NCBI RefSeq assembly: GCF_009914755.1
Contig: NC_060927.1
Length of the DNA stretch: 64,000 nucleotides
Strand: one strand, 5' to 3'
Source: the human T2T-CHM13v2.0 reference genome, Homo sapiens
Part shown: positions 26,430 to 38,779 of the stretch, one piece after another
Layout of the letters: each line of letters starts with the position of its first letter
Numbering within the stretch: position 1 is the first letter of the stretch
Program-made: the position numbers and the translations under genes
Notes under the pieces: generated by a model
What the model saw: the letters and a program-made list of their open reading frames with translations, nothing else
Told to the model about the DNA's origin: nothing
Database searches by the model: none

Positions 26430-26930
26430 TTTCAGGTCATTCCCTTAGGAGTAGGTGTCTCTGTAATTGTCACAGGGAGTCCTCATTCATGCTTTCCCTT
26501 GTGTTGCTGGCAACAGACTGAAACACTTAGGCATTTCACCCTCTGAGTCTCCAAGGAGTTCCTTCTCCAACCTTACCACAGCTGACCTTTGCTCACCAGG
26601 TCTCCCTTTCCAGCTTTCTGGGCTGTGATTTGGGATAAGCCTTCCAGAAGACTTAGAGGGGGATGGGAAATATGCTCATTTGCCTTATTCTGTCTGGAAA
26701 AGGTCAGAGTGGAATGACTGCAGTGTCAGGTTTAGGGGAAGCAGTGGAAGGCGAGACAAGCAGGAAGGAAGGGATAATTTAACTGAACCCGATTTGAACC
26801 TTTAAGCAGTTCAGTTCAGGGACAGCACTGACGTCAAAGCTGTTTCTTATTTTATAAAAGCCAGCCTGTCTCATTCAAGTAGCCCCTCTTACCTTCTGCC
26901 AGTCCCAAATGCTGGGTCATGACCCTTTGA
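26430..26930. promoter_or_regulatory. Candidate nuclear-receptor/cAMP-responsive enhancer or promoter
   Basis: DR1/NBRE TGACCTTTGCTCA (26583), AAAGGTCA (26699), DR5 (26784-26800), CRE TGACGTCA (26829), TATAAAAG (26853) and IR0 GGGTCATGACCC (26914), in apparently non-repeat DNA. Confidence 0.55.
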
Positions 26931-27489
26931 CTGATTGTTTATTATAACCTTAGTTTAGGTAAAGTTTTTCTTAGTGTAACTTACCCTTTTCTTTTTCTTG
27001 TAATATTGGGTCCCAACTTTTTTTTATACTGAGGCCAGGACAGAGGAGCTAAAGAAAACCTTAAGAAACATATCGGATTAATTTTACACCTTTCTCCATC
27101 AGATTTTGTATCTTAAATGTCTTTCCTACAGTGAGTCCATACCTTTTCCAAACTTAAATTTAAAATTCCGTTCTCTGTAATGTTTAAACTAGTACAAATT
27201 ATAAGAATTTTTAAATAAACTAAATCAGAATGTAAAGAATTGCTATGACAATCAATTTTATAACTGCATGCACAAAATTGAAAAAACCATTTGTGTAATA
27301 ATTAAAATGATCCTAATATGTAACAAAAAGTGTGATATTTTACTTTGCATACTGACTTTAGTTATATAACATAATATTTACACCAGCTTAAATCTGTGTT
27401 CGCTACTGTACTTGATGCCTTTGTTTTGGGAGCAACAGATTATTGTAGGGACTCACACTCAACTAACATTGGAGGATCTTCTATCTGGT

Positions 27490-27630
27490 TGCAACAAAGT
27501 GGGCACTTTCACATTCATTACCTCATTTAACCCCCACAGTACCCCTGTGAGAGGGATTTAATTCTATTCTGTTCTTCTCAAAGAGCAAGGTGATGCTTAG
27601 GAAGGTTTTGTGATTTGCTCAGAGTCAAAT
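27490..27630 (-). mobile_element. MIR fragment
   Basis: GCACTTTCACATTCATTACCTCATTTAACCCCCACAGTACCCCTGTGAG. Confidence 0.7.
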
Positions 27631-27964
27631 CCTTCCAGCACTAACTCCTATGACACCCTTCATGAACCCTCCCCGATCCTTCTTTGGTCAGAATTAACCA
27701 CTCCTCCTTTTAAACTCTCAGAAAATATTGCCGTGACTCTTTTTGATATTCATGTAATTCTGCCTTTTAGTATTATCTTTCTACCAATATCTGCCACTCC
27801 AGATTTTTCCTTGTCTCAATGTGACCATCGAGGCCAAGGCTTTGCTTTCTTTTCACATCCCTGCAATGCTCAGCATGCATCTTTCCTGTTGATATCAGTG
27901 GCCATGTTCACATTTTTAAATGGAATCAAGTTAACCTATATCTGTTCCATTGTTATTTGTTGAT

Positions 27965-28280
27965 TTCTTCATTCAACAATTATCTACTGAATGCCAGTAA
28001 GGTGGCAGACAAGATGCTAAGGTTGTGGAAGTGAATAAAGCAGACAGAAATCCCTGCTTTTATGGAACTTACATTCTAGCAAAAGGGAATGAACAATAAA
28101 GGGAATAAATGAGTGAATGATGTAGTACCATATGGGATAGGGCTGCGGAGTTATAAAGCAGATCGGGGGAAGTTGAGGAGAGGTTGCAAGTTCTAAATAG
28201 CACGTTCAAGGAAGATCTCCACTGAGAAGGTGACGTGTGAACAAAACCTGAAGGAGGTGAGGGAGCAAACCATGTACTTA
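27965..28280 (-). mobile_element. L2 fragment
   Basis: TTCATTCAACAATTATCTACTGAATGCC...CCCTGCTTTTATGGAACTTACATTCTAG...CTGAAGGAGGTGAGGGAGC. Confidence 0.8.
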
Positions 28281-28409
28281 TGACAGTGATTTCTTAAAAA
28301 TCAATGTGAGTCTAAAACTTTGTTAATGGTAAAGCCAAGTGTTGGCAGATTTTTCCATCGAATTATAGCTATATTTAGTTAGGAATTAGGAATTATCTTG
28401 TCTGCCTCT

Positions 28410-28470
28410 TCTGTCTCCATTTTATCAGTGAGGAAACTAAGGTTCAATGAGGTCAAGTGCACTTACTTTC
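28410..28470 (-). mobile_element. MIR core fragment carrying a perfect DR3
   Basis: CTCCATTTTATCAGTGAGGAAACTAAGGTTCAATGAGGTCAAGTG matches the MIR core CCCATTTTACAGATGAGGAAACTGAGGCTCAGAGAGGTTAAGT. Confidence 0.7.
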
Positions 28471-29199
28471 TTAGCCTTGGATTGACCAGGAAATCTCAGC
28501 AGCCTACTGAAAATCCAGTTAAACATTAAGATCCAGGTCATTCATCTGTGCATCCATTCACTTACTCCTCAGCTCTTATCTCATACCTACTCTGGCAATT
28601 ACTGGTTTAAAGATGGAAACAATGTCAAAGAAGTTGGTGTGTCCTTAGTGGACTTTATAATCCACATAGCAGACTAGCCCCACACCTAGAAGTCTGGTGT
28701 ATCTAAGGCAAAGTAGGAATTTAAACTAATAGCATAATCACTAAGCCATGGAGTTTGTCAGAGCTCTGAATCTTGATCCAGTCCCTAAAAAAAAGAGGCA
28801 CAATTTTATTTAGGGAGAGAGATCATTTGTTTCATGCAAAGGTCATAAAGGGATTCTGATATTAACAGGGCAGACAGGACTAACATCATCTGCACTGGAT
28901 TGGAAATCCCACAATGAGGAATAGAGACAAGTACTTTTAATTCAACATATAAATTCAATCTCAGTGGGGAAAATAGTAATTAAGCTTCATTTCATTTCAG
29001 ACATGGACAGATTAAATACATGTCTTCATGTCTCTGGATTACCTTGACCCCACTAAACATTGAACAGGAAATCAAAGGCACTTCAAAAGCATATTGATGC
29101 ATATGTTAAATGTTCCAAGCTGATATTAATGTTCTAAAATATTACTAATACATAGGAAAGCTTTGATTTTTAAAGCAGTTTGTTTCTTATTAAAAAGAA

Positions 29200-29360
29200 A
29201 GTGGTTCACAAATCTAGCTGACAAGCAGAATCACCTGAGAAGTGTTTAGAACGCTATCCCCAGATGTTTTGATTCAGAAGGTCTTGATTGGGGCAACAGA
29301 ATGAGTATTTCTAACAAGCTCCATGTGCATCCAGATCATCAGCCAGGTTCAGAAAACTGT
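29200..29360. mobile_element. MER5-family (hAT-Charlie) MITE
   Basis: GTGGTTCACAAA...CAGAATCACCTG...TTTGATTCAG...TTTCTAACAAGCTCC. Confidence 0.7.
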
Positions 29361-30714
29361 ACTAGAAGCTCTGTGTTCCTCAGGACTGTCAGCTCCTCCT
29401 TCTGGATGTTGGAAACCTGAATGATACACTGATTTCAGTTTTACCGTCTTATTACACATGCAAAAGGCCTGGAAAGGAAAATGTCCTCTATCATTGCTTC
29501 TGTAGTTTGGCATATTTTGACTTTCTAATGAGTGAGCACCTAAATGTTGTTTGAGGTGATTTACATTTTATTTCCTTTAGTTAGCTGGAAAAATGAGACA
29601 CCTTATCTTATTTCAGTGGGAAAAGTAATCTATGCAAATAAAGTGAGAGATATACAAAATTTGTGCACATAAAATGAAATAATTTGATTATTGTTTGGCT
29701 TTATTGTATATAAACAATACGGTAGGCACAACTGAAAGACGGAAATAATAATAAGACCAACTCCAGAGGTCAAATAAGAGATTATGAGGTACTTAGAATA
29801 GTTTCTGACACCAAACTTAAGACTCTGATTAATAATAGCTGCTGGTATTTAAGAATCTTTTTGGTATCTTTCTCAGGTTGAAACCTACTTGGTGTCTATG
29901 GAGAAAGGGTAGATGCACATGTAAGGAATCTCAATGACTTGTTTCATCTGGCGTGGACCCACTGTAGTATTGCCAACCTGATTGGTTCTGCTCAAGTTCT
30001 AGTCCATTTGAATCAACAGAGACCTAGGCAGTGGTTGCAGACAGCATTGCCTTGAAGAAATGACTGAATAGTTACATTAGGTCTGGAGTCAACTCAAAGT
30101 TAAAGATGACCTTTGGCATGAAGACCAGTGTTTAGCTTTGCTTAAGAATCTCAGAGCTATCTCAGACCCTTATGTCAACCTGGGAACCACTTTTGGCTCC
30201 CTGAAATGGCCCACATGAAAGATGCATTTGGCCCTATATTCCATGTTCTCTTCCATCACATAGATACCTAGAAATGTACTTGGTTTCACTGAATTCAAAC
30301 TGTACTGTCGTCCTGATCTGCTCTACTTTCCCAACTATTCTTAACCATCTCATCTTCTAACTTTGTGATTAGATTTCCTGTTTCAGTCATCCTGCCATGA
30401 AGACTGACCCTCATGCTTGGTACTGCTTCCTGGGCTCTGACCTCTGATTTGAACCCTTAACCACCATTTGCCCTCATCTCATTGACAATATCAGAGTCAG
30501 TCATTATAGGAAAACAAACACCCAGTTCTAGGATAGGATAATCAAGGACAATACAACCTACACCCTGAAGATAGCTTTGTTAAGTGGTACTGACAGAGAA
30601 GTGAGAGCTGGAATTGAGAGGGACCATGTGCTGGTCAGAAAGGTCTCCCACACCGGGCTTCAAGGCTCAAGGGTAGACTGGACTAGTTTCTTCTCTCTAT
30701 ACTAACAGATCCTG

Positions 30715-31030
30715 TCTGTGTTACTCAGGTTTGTTTTTATCACAAGCAACAGGAACACAACTAAAACTAGCTTAAACATAAAAGGGAATGTTTTGGTTCA
30801 CAAAACTGAAAAGTGTCGGATAGTATTAGCTTCAGGCATGTTTGGATTGAGGTGTTTAATGTCATCAGGACTTGGTCTACCCTTCTCCCTCTCTCAACTT
30901 TGAATTTCCTCCAACTTCAGTTCTCTACTCATGTGACAAGATGAGAGCCAGAAACTCAAAACTTATCTCCTTATCAGCTCAAGCAGAAATAGAACACTTT
31001 TTCCCTTGTTGCTGTATAACTGAGGCCATT
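30715..31030 (-). mobile_element. Old MaLR LTR (MLT1J/K-like), probably resuming at 31611-31760
   Basis: CAAGCAACAGGAACACAACTAAAACTAGCTTAAAC..AAAGGGAATGTTTTGGTTCACA..ACTGAAAAG..GCTTCAGGCATG. Confidence 0.6.
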
Positions 31031-31610
31031 TTGTGGCATATGTTTTTTCCCCAAACATGTTCTTCACTTTCGCATGCCTTTTTGCAATATAACTATGTCT
31101 CTTTTCCCACCAAGAGATGGAGTCCCTTTGAAACATGGCTGGTCTTTTGCATTGTTTGGATCAATAGAATGTGCTGGGTTCATGTTGTGCCAGTTCTGGG
31201 CCGAGGCCTCAAGAGTCTTGGAAGCTCCTGAATTCTTTTTCTACTTTGAACCACATGTAAGGAATTTAAGCTATTTATGTGAAGAGAGGCTACCTGTAGA
31301 GAGAAGTTCAGGAGGATGATAGTCACTGTAAAAACAAAGATTTCAGGGAGGAGAGATGGGTTTTCTCAAATGACTGGCAGCGTACAGACCCCAGTCATGT
31401 AGACGAATCTATTTTTGACCTTCCAATTGAACCCAGGTGTCAGCATGCAGCTGAGTAAGTGTAGCCAATGTCACATAGAGTAGAGATGGTTCAGCCCCAC
31501 TGAGCCCTGCCCATGTTCCTGATTGACAGACTTGTGAGCAAGAAAATGGTTATTGCTGTAAGCTACTAAGTGGTGGGATAGTTTTCTATCCAGCAGTAGA
31601 GGACTGGCAT
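31031..31610 (+). mobile_element. MaLR LTR (MLT1G/H-like) nested in an older LTR
   Basis: CCCACCAAGAGATGGAGTC...TGCCAGTTCTGGGCCGAGGCCTCAAGAG...AAGCTACTAAGT..GGGATAG...CAGCAGTAGA. Confidence 0.75.
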
Positions 31611-33190
31611 AGTCTTGTAACTACCCATTCCTAGAGCTAGAGAGTGAGATGGACACTACTAGCAACAATAGGATTGATAATAGGGGCTGTGTGGCCCTGA
31701 AGGAAATAAGGATAGTATCACAGGAATAATTAGGCAGAAAAAAAAACCCTCACAAGTTCACCTCTCCTCCTATTTTGGTTATATTTCCCTAACTTTGTTT
31801 ATACTTCTGTTTCTATTTGTCTTTATGGAGTCCACAAATATTAAAACCAATTGTATATCTTTTTGTATTTCTTTAACTGTGACACAGTCAGGAAAACAGC
31901 GTTGTTTATCTACAAACAGATTTGAAGTGCTCGTAATCAGGACTTTTCCACATTTTGCGTTCTGTTGCCCTGAAAAATCTGGCTTTGAGTGTCTGTGTAT
32001 AAGATGAAGATGGCTTATATATACAATATGCTGAAGAATTGAGGTTCTGTAGCAAAACCTATATATTTGATGGTGTGACTTCACTTCAAAAATACTCATT
32101 AACGCTAACCATATTATATAAGATCAAAAAGCACAGAAGGAAATTAAAAATGCTGATAGGTTGAGATCCACTAAACACATGAATTTAACATTCATTGTTT
32201 ATTTCATTCTAAATTTGTTATTACAGTGTTTCTTAGATGCGAGGAATACTTTGAACTTTCAAGAAATGAATATTTCATTGGGAGAGAATATTATCTTTAT
32301 AATTTGTTAAAATAACTGTGAAATAAATGGAATCCTGTTGTCTTCAGAGTGGAAGAGCTGGTTGACACCTTCCCTCTTTTATGTGTAAGATTTTAGTTTC
32401 CTGACCCAGGCATAATGGGAAACTTCTTGATAGGACCTGTCAGTAATTCCAAACTGATACAAAGGATTTCATCTTCTGTAATGTGTAGACATTGCCAATG
32501 AAATGAGCCTGGTTCCCACAGCCTCCCTCTTGATGCACTCTGAAGTTTCCTCAAGCCATTTATTCCTATCTACACTGTTAGACATTCCAAGGAGAGAGGC
32601 TATTCTTTTCTGTTTTTGGTCAGACAGGAAGTAGATTTAGTGCTTTTAGACTATATGCATGTGAATATGAACTGCCAAGCATTTCAAGAAGTCAATGGAC
32701 AAGCACATAGTGAGAACAAATAGCTGATTATAAATATTCACCAACCCAGAGTACTCTGATTCTACATAAATAAATCAAGTCATATCATGTTGACCCCTCC
32801 TACCACAGCTCAACTGATCCCAGTGGATTTGTTTTTAGTTTTGCTTTAACTCTGTTTTAGATAAAACATTGTACAAAAACTTGGAATGTATTAATTTCTT
32901 CCATGATTTCATAAGGTCTTCAGGTCTTTGGTGGAACAATGGGTACATGCTATTTGCAGGATAAATAATGGACAAATATTTGGAATTTTGCAAGGGCAAA
33001 ATCAGTATGAGACAGGAGTTAACTGCCTGTCGCTTGTAACAATTTTTGGAAGTGCTAGTATTATTGTGTAGCCTGTAGAGCACACTGTACTTATAAATTT
33101 CAATACAAAATAAATGAAGCATGATTGTGGGATTAAGATACTATACTAACTCATGTCCAAGGAAAGCTACTGGGTGATTAAGGTTAAAGT

Positions 33191-33412
33191 TGTGTTTCTC
33201 AACTTTGCCACTCATAAGGTTTTGGGCAGAATAATACTTTGTTGTGAGAGGCTGCCCTGCAGACTGTAGGATGTTCAGCAGCATCGCTGGCCTGTACCCT
33301 CTGGATGCCAGTAGCACCATCCCCCAAAACTGAGACAACCAAAAGTGTCTTTGGACATTGACTAATTCCTGCTGGGGCATGGTGGGAGAGGGGAATCATC
33401 CAATGTTAAGAA
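33191..33412. mobile_element. MER20 (hAT-Charlie)
   Basis: TTGTGAGAGGCTGCCCTGCAGACTGTAGGATGTTCAGCAGCATC.CTGGCCT..ACCC.CTGGATGCCAGTAGCACC...GACAACCAAAA. Confidence 0.88.
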
Positions 33413-33864
33413 TGTTCCAACGTTACTGGTTTGGAACATTCACAGATGTCACACTTGTGATTTGCAGTTTAGAAGAAAGTACGGTGGATACAATCATCTT
33501 AGTACAAAACTTAAGTGTGCCAGAAATATAACTTTATCTGGGGGAACGTAATTTCCATTGTGACACCCCTCATGGTGTGGCAGAAATTCAATCATGGTCA
33601 ATATAGCATTTCTTTTTTCCCCCCAGGATATGCCAAGCCACAGAGACATAGTGCTCAGGAATGAGGAGTAGGAGTCTTCTGTTAGAACTCCTATCCTGTG
33701 CCCTCTCCACTCTTCTTGATAACACTTACAAGAACAAACACCGGTAAAAGCTAGCCAGACACCAGCATCTGATTTATACTATCCCCTTAGATCCTCTAAC
33801 ATCTGGGTTCTGAGGAATGTCCATTTTAAAAGATTTTAGGAGAAGTTAACACATGTTCTTCCAA

Positions 33865-34050
33865 CCTGGCCTTAGAAGACACATAGCATCATTTCCACTG
33901 TGTATTGTTACAAATGAGTCACCAAAGTCAGCCCATGTTTAAGGAGAAAGGAATTAGGCTCTACTTCTTGGTGTGGAGTGGCAGGGCCATGTTGCAGAAG
34001 AGTATATGGGATGGGAGATACCGTTCCTGTCATTGTTGGAAAACGCAACT
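33865..34050 (-). mobile_element. MLT1 LTR fragment
   Basis: CTTAGAAGACACATAGCATCATTTCCAC...GCCCATGTTTAAGGAGAAAGGAATTAG. Confidence 0.6.
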
Positions 34051-34676
34051 TTCCTTATCAATGTTTGGATCCTGGCCTCGTTGTTTACAAATTAACTAGC
34101 TTTCCCCCCCCCTTTCAGAACCTAAACCCCCAAATCTCTAAGAAGTGAACTCGATTATGACTAATTTCTCTTCTGGCTATAAATAAAATCATCTTTGTGT
34201 TTCCACGTAGACCCCACATAACCCAGTCTATGTCTTCTCAAAGTTTAAACAAGTCAGTTCATCATGTTTAAAAAAAAAAAGATTAAAGAAGATTTTTCCC
34301 ATTTTGATGAATCTGCAATCAACATTAATTCAAATATAAAATTGAGAAGGATTCTGAAGGTCAGGTTTCCCCTGGAGCATTGGCTTATCTGGTGCATTTT
34401 TAATATATGTTCTAAGGAAGCAGTACACCTAATAACTATCTTAACTTCAGCTGTTTGATTGATCAAATACCTTTGTGTTTAATGAATATCTATATAATAG
34501 GAGATAAGGTGGAAACAGGAAGACAGCTTGTTAAGACTGTGTCAACTGTAATCTTTTTCTCTTAAGGTAGACTAAAAGGAACTTTTAATGAGTACTTCTA
34601 AACTTAGTGCCTCTGAATCAAGGCCAGTCACTTAGTTTTTAAATGGAAGATCACAAAGAATAGTATTAATCCTTAA

Positions 34677-35006
34677 TGCTATGGTCTGAATGTTTGCTTT
34701 CCCCCTACAAATTCATATATTGAAAGCTAATCCCCAGTGTGATGGTATTTGGAGGTGGGGCCTTTGGGAGGTGATTAGCTTTTAAGGACAGAACCCTTGT
34801 GAATAGGATTTGTGCCTGGTTTGTCCCTTCCACCATATGTGCAATGGAAAAGGCTGTCTATGAGAAAGCAGCCCATCTCTAGACACCAATTTGCTCACAC
34901 CTTGGTCTTGGACTACCCAGCCTCCAGAACTGTGAGAAGTAAATTTGTTATTTATAATCACCCAGTTTATGGTATTTTGTTATTGCAACCCAAACAGACT
35001 AAGACA
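34677..35006 (+). mobile_element. MaLR solo LTR (MLT1A/A0-like)
   Basis: TGCTATGGTCTGAATGTTTG...GGAGGTGGGGCCTTTGGGAGGTGATTAG...CAGCCTCCAGAACTGTGAGA...ACAGACTAAGACA. Confidence 0.9.
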
Positions 35007-36988
35007 CTTGCACAGAGGTAGATTGGAAGTTTTATAAGGCCTGTTTTTCAGAGTTTAACTGGATGAATGGCATAATTACTACAAACACAGATGTGTTACA
35101 GTAAAACAAACATATTGTGCAAATAGCATAGCAAATACAGTTAGATTTCCTGAAACTATAGGCCATGATAGGCAGGTAGATGTATTGTTTTGTGTGTTAA
35201 TTCTCTAAAGCAGTATAATCATTCTTCCCCCTCTAATCTCTCACAAACTGGAATTCCAGTTGTTGACCTGGTTATCATAGGCTGGAATCAAATATGGCAA
35301 TGGATGAGAAGAAAGGTAAATTAGGATTATTTTTTAAAAGTTGTCAAGAATGTTAGCATCTTGACAATAGGCCTCAAAGTCTTGATGATTAGAAGGTATC
35401 TTCTTTATTAAAGGTGTTTCTCTCTTTGAAGGCTGTCACTAATAATAGGCAACTGTTAAAAGAAATTGACTCCTAGATCTTGAAACCGAGCCCATATGAG
35501 CAGGTCACAGTCATTTGAAATGTTAAGGTAATAATATTCATGTAGTTAGAAAAGTCATTGTATATAAAGTGAGAAAATTTGGAAAACTCAATTTTACATC
35601 TGTGACTCAGTCACCTGGGCAACTATCCTTCTCAGGCTTAAGTTTGCTAATAGGTAAAATTGTATCATTCCATCCAGCTCTTGAGTTCTACCTCCATTAT
35701 ATTGCCTTACAATAGCAAACTTTCTGGGTGATGGATAAGAAACTTTCGTAAGCACCGGCGCTGGAAACACATATTTGAAAACTCATTTCAGTCATTTTTC
35801 CCCTTCCCATCCAACTTAAGTTTATGCTACTAACCCAAAACCTAAGGACTCCAAATTAAGGATGTTCACATTTGTGATTGGCTTGAAATTATAGCCTGTT
35901 TAAGCCATGAATAAAAAGAAAAGCAGAACTTGTTCAAATATTGAGCTAGTTTTAAATGGCTTCAACTGAGAGATGACTCTTGGGAAATCACCTTTTCATT
36001 ATAGCCATAGAGTTCTCATGTCATACCTCATTTGAACACTTCACCATAGCATCTGAGCTATGCTAGGGAGAAATAATTTTATATCTAGGATTGTGGAATG
36101 TTATTGTTATTTTTAAAAATGCCCTAAAAATGTTAAATCAAATTCAGAACTATTTTTGATTGTAATAGAAATTCAAGAAATAAAAATAAGACACCAGAAA
36201 AGCCAGTATGGTTGTTAGAGAAGCTGAAAAGAAAGATAGAGGTGTGATATGATAGACAAAGGGTAGCATGGAGGGAGATAAGCCATGCAATTGCTAGTGG
36301 GGTCCGGTTGGGATTGGCATAAGAAATCCAGTTTTTATCTATGAGAGTGCCAGTGATGCCAAATTCCCTTTTTTTTTTCTTCACGGGTTTATAACCTTCT
36401 AAAAATAATTCTTTGTAGCTCAAGGTTCAGAAAGCTTAATTTGCATTAATACATGATGTGCTGTGAATGTGAATATCAGGGCTTTTTATCTGTGCCTCAG
36501 AGAGAAGCATAGACAATAACCAAACCTTGTAGCTCTTTCAAAAGACAGACAGGTAAGGTGTTCATTTCTATTCCCTCTTGCTGCAGGGCGAGGGTGGAGA
36601 AGACTGAGGCATAACTTGGTTATTACTTTGCTACTTAGGAAGATAAACAACAGGGTACCCAAGGAGGGCAGCACATTTTGGAAAGCAGACCAACGCTGGA
36701 TGATCTGAGCTTCAGCTGGCTCTGAGTTCTGTGAGGTCTTCCATGGGGGCACTTGTTTCATAGGCAGCAGGGAGCTTGGGAGATTAAAGAGATTCTCAAC
36801 TCTCAGCCCAACTTTCATACTCTTAACCCTGGGGAAACAGATTATGTCATTCTTGTGCATTTATCTCACTGGTGACCTCTTCCAACTTACACAGAGAATA
36901 TGACCTTTCTTATATGAGTAAGTATAAGTTGGGGATTTTACCCAAAACAAGCCCTCAGAATAAAAGGTACAGATGTATACTCAAGTTC

Positions 36989-36989
<1 letters not shown>

Positions 36990-37021
<32 letters not shown>

Positions 37022-37032
37022 TTATTTTATTT
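36990..37032. repeat. (TTA)n microsatellite, the degenerate tail of the 7SL retrocopy
   Basis: About 10 TTA units directly abutting the 7SL 3' end. Confidence 0.85.
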
Positions 37033-37033
37033 G

Positions 37034-37323
37034 AGAGAGGTGGGTTCTCACCAGGTTGCTCAGGCTGGAGGGCAGTGGCTTTTCACAGGCATGATCCCAC
37101 TGCTGATCAGCACATGAGTTTTGACAGGCTCTGTTTCTGACCTGGGACAGTTCAACCCTCCTTAGGCAACCTGGCAGTCCTCTGCTCCTGAGAGGTCACC
37201 ATACTGATACCAAACTTAGTGTAGACACCAGATCAGCAAAGTGCACTACAGCCCAGGGCTCCTGGGCTCAAGCGATCCTCCTGTCTCAGCCTGCAAGGTA
37301 GCAGCTGTGACTACAGGTGCACC
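37034..37323 (-). pseudogene. 7SL (SRP) RNA processed pseudogene, near full length
   Basis: Contains the 7SL S-domain absent from Alu: GATCCCACTGCTGATCAGCAC..GAGTTTTGAC..GTTTCTGACCTGGG..CCCTCCTTAGGCAACCTGG..GAGGTCACCATA.TGAT.CC.AACTTAGTG; CpGs decayed; the first ~14 nt are missing. Confidence 0.95.
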
Positions 37324-37683
37324 TCTATAAAGCATCTTCATATACGGCACAGTCTCATAATCACTTTATTTTGAATAACCAGGAATCCTGTTTGGAGAAA
37401 GCAAATTCGTCTAATATATCCTTCCCTGATGCTGGTTTTAAATACCTATGGTGGTCACATGAAAAGCCCTTTCTTTTTTTAAAAAAAAGGCAAAGAAATG
37501 TAATATGGTGTTTGATTTCATTGCATATAGGCTTTTGAAGATCACCTTCAAAAGTAATAGAGCAGTGCTTATGTTGTGGAGATCACCCATAAACACCTAT
37601 AGAATGAATAAACAAGTCACATATCCTGATATTTTGGAAATGAATGCTTGAGGATCTCATTTAAAATATTTTAGATTTTTCTA

Positions 37684-37854
37684 CAAAAAGTAACTGGGCG
37701 TGGTGGCACGTTGCTGTAATCCCAGGTACTTGGGAGGCTGAGTCAGGAGAATTGCTTGAGCCAGGGAGTCAGAGGTTGCAGTGAGCCGAGATCGTGCCAC
37801 TGCACTCCAGCCTGGCAACGGAGTGAAACACCGTCTCAAAATAAATAAATAAAT
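37684..37854 (+). mobile_element. 5'-truncated Alu (right arm only, AluSc-like) with a 20-bp TSD
   Basis: Starts at the A-rich linker, (TAAA)n tail; AAATATTTTAGATTTTTCTA at 37664-37683 and 37855-37874. Confidence 0.95.
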
Positions 37855-38779
37855 AAATATTTTAGATTTTTCTAGTGGCATCATTTTACTTGGATTCAAA
37901 AAGTGGAGCATCTCTAATGAAAGTAAAATGATGTATTCTGAAAAATTATTAGATTATGAAAATGTAGTTCTCTTGATGGTGAACGCTGTTGTAAAAGATC
38001 TATGTGAAGGATTTCAACACTATTGTTTGAAATGAGAAGGAATAGTACTCCTGAAGGTAATATATTACTAATGCAAATTTAATTTTACATCCTAAAGCAG
38101 GAAATTATCCTAAATATGTATGTAAGCATTGAATCTCCATCCCTAGAAGTTTCTGTATTTACGTCAGTCAAGGATTTTTTCTGGTATTACCTGAGAAAGT
38201 AGAAGATTGACTTATTTGTAGTCTTGTCACTTGAAAGTCAGTTTATTGCCTTTTTTTTAGTCAGATCAAAAATACCATAAGATCTCTGCTTGTAAATGAG
38301 CTAAGAATCACCTTAAAAGCCGTAAACTCACCAGAACAACATCCCATGCTAATGGGATCTGGGACAAGGAAGTGATAAGTAAAGAGAAGCAGAGGTAGAG
38401 TCCTTCAGGGCAGTGGTTTGAAGACTTAGTAATGGGCTTATATACCTAGTTTATTGCAACCAGGATAGGAAAAATAAACAATTCATCTTGGTGTTTTCAT
38501 TCACTTGAGAGTATTTTTTACTGGAAAAAAAAATACCCAATCCATTTAGGTGTACATTCAGTTTTCCATTTGTTCAAATTTTTTTTTTAAATTCGAGGAC
38601 CTATAATGTCCAAATGTTGTACTGAGTGCCAAAGAAACAGTGTTGGCCAGAAAGACACAAGTCACTATCTCACTCAGCCAAATATGGCTGGTCTTACAAA
38701 ATGAGTTTTAACACATAGGTCCTTTGCTTCCCAGGTTCATGCTCTGAATTACTGAGGCAGATTGTATTTATACATTTTA

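Noticed and set aside
35341-35367. Short inverted repeat TTGTCAAGA...TCTTGACAA
   Set aside because: A 9-bp stem is too short for a pre-miRNA and is compatible with chance
37034-37323. Functional SRP RNA gene or ordinary Alu
   Set aside because: The S domain excludes Alu; heavy divergence, missing 5' end and microsatellite tail indicate a processed pseudogene
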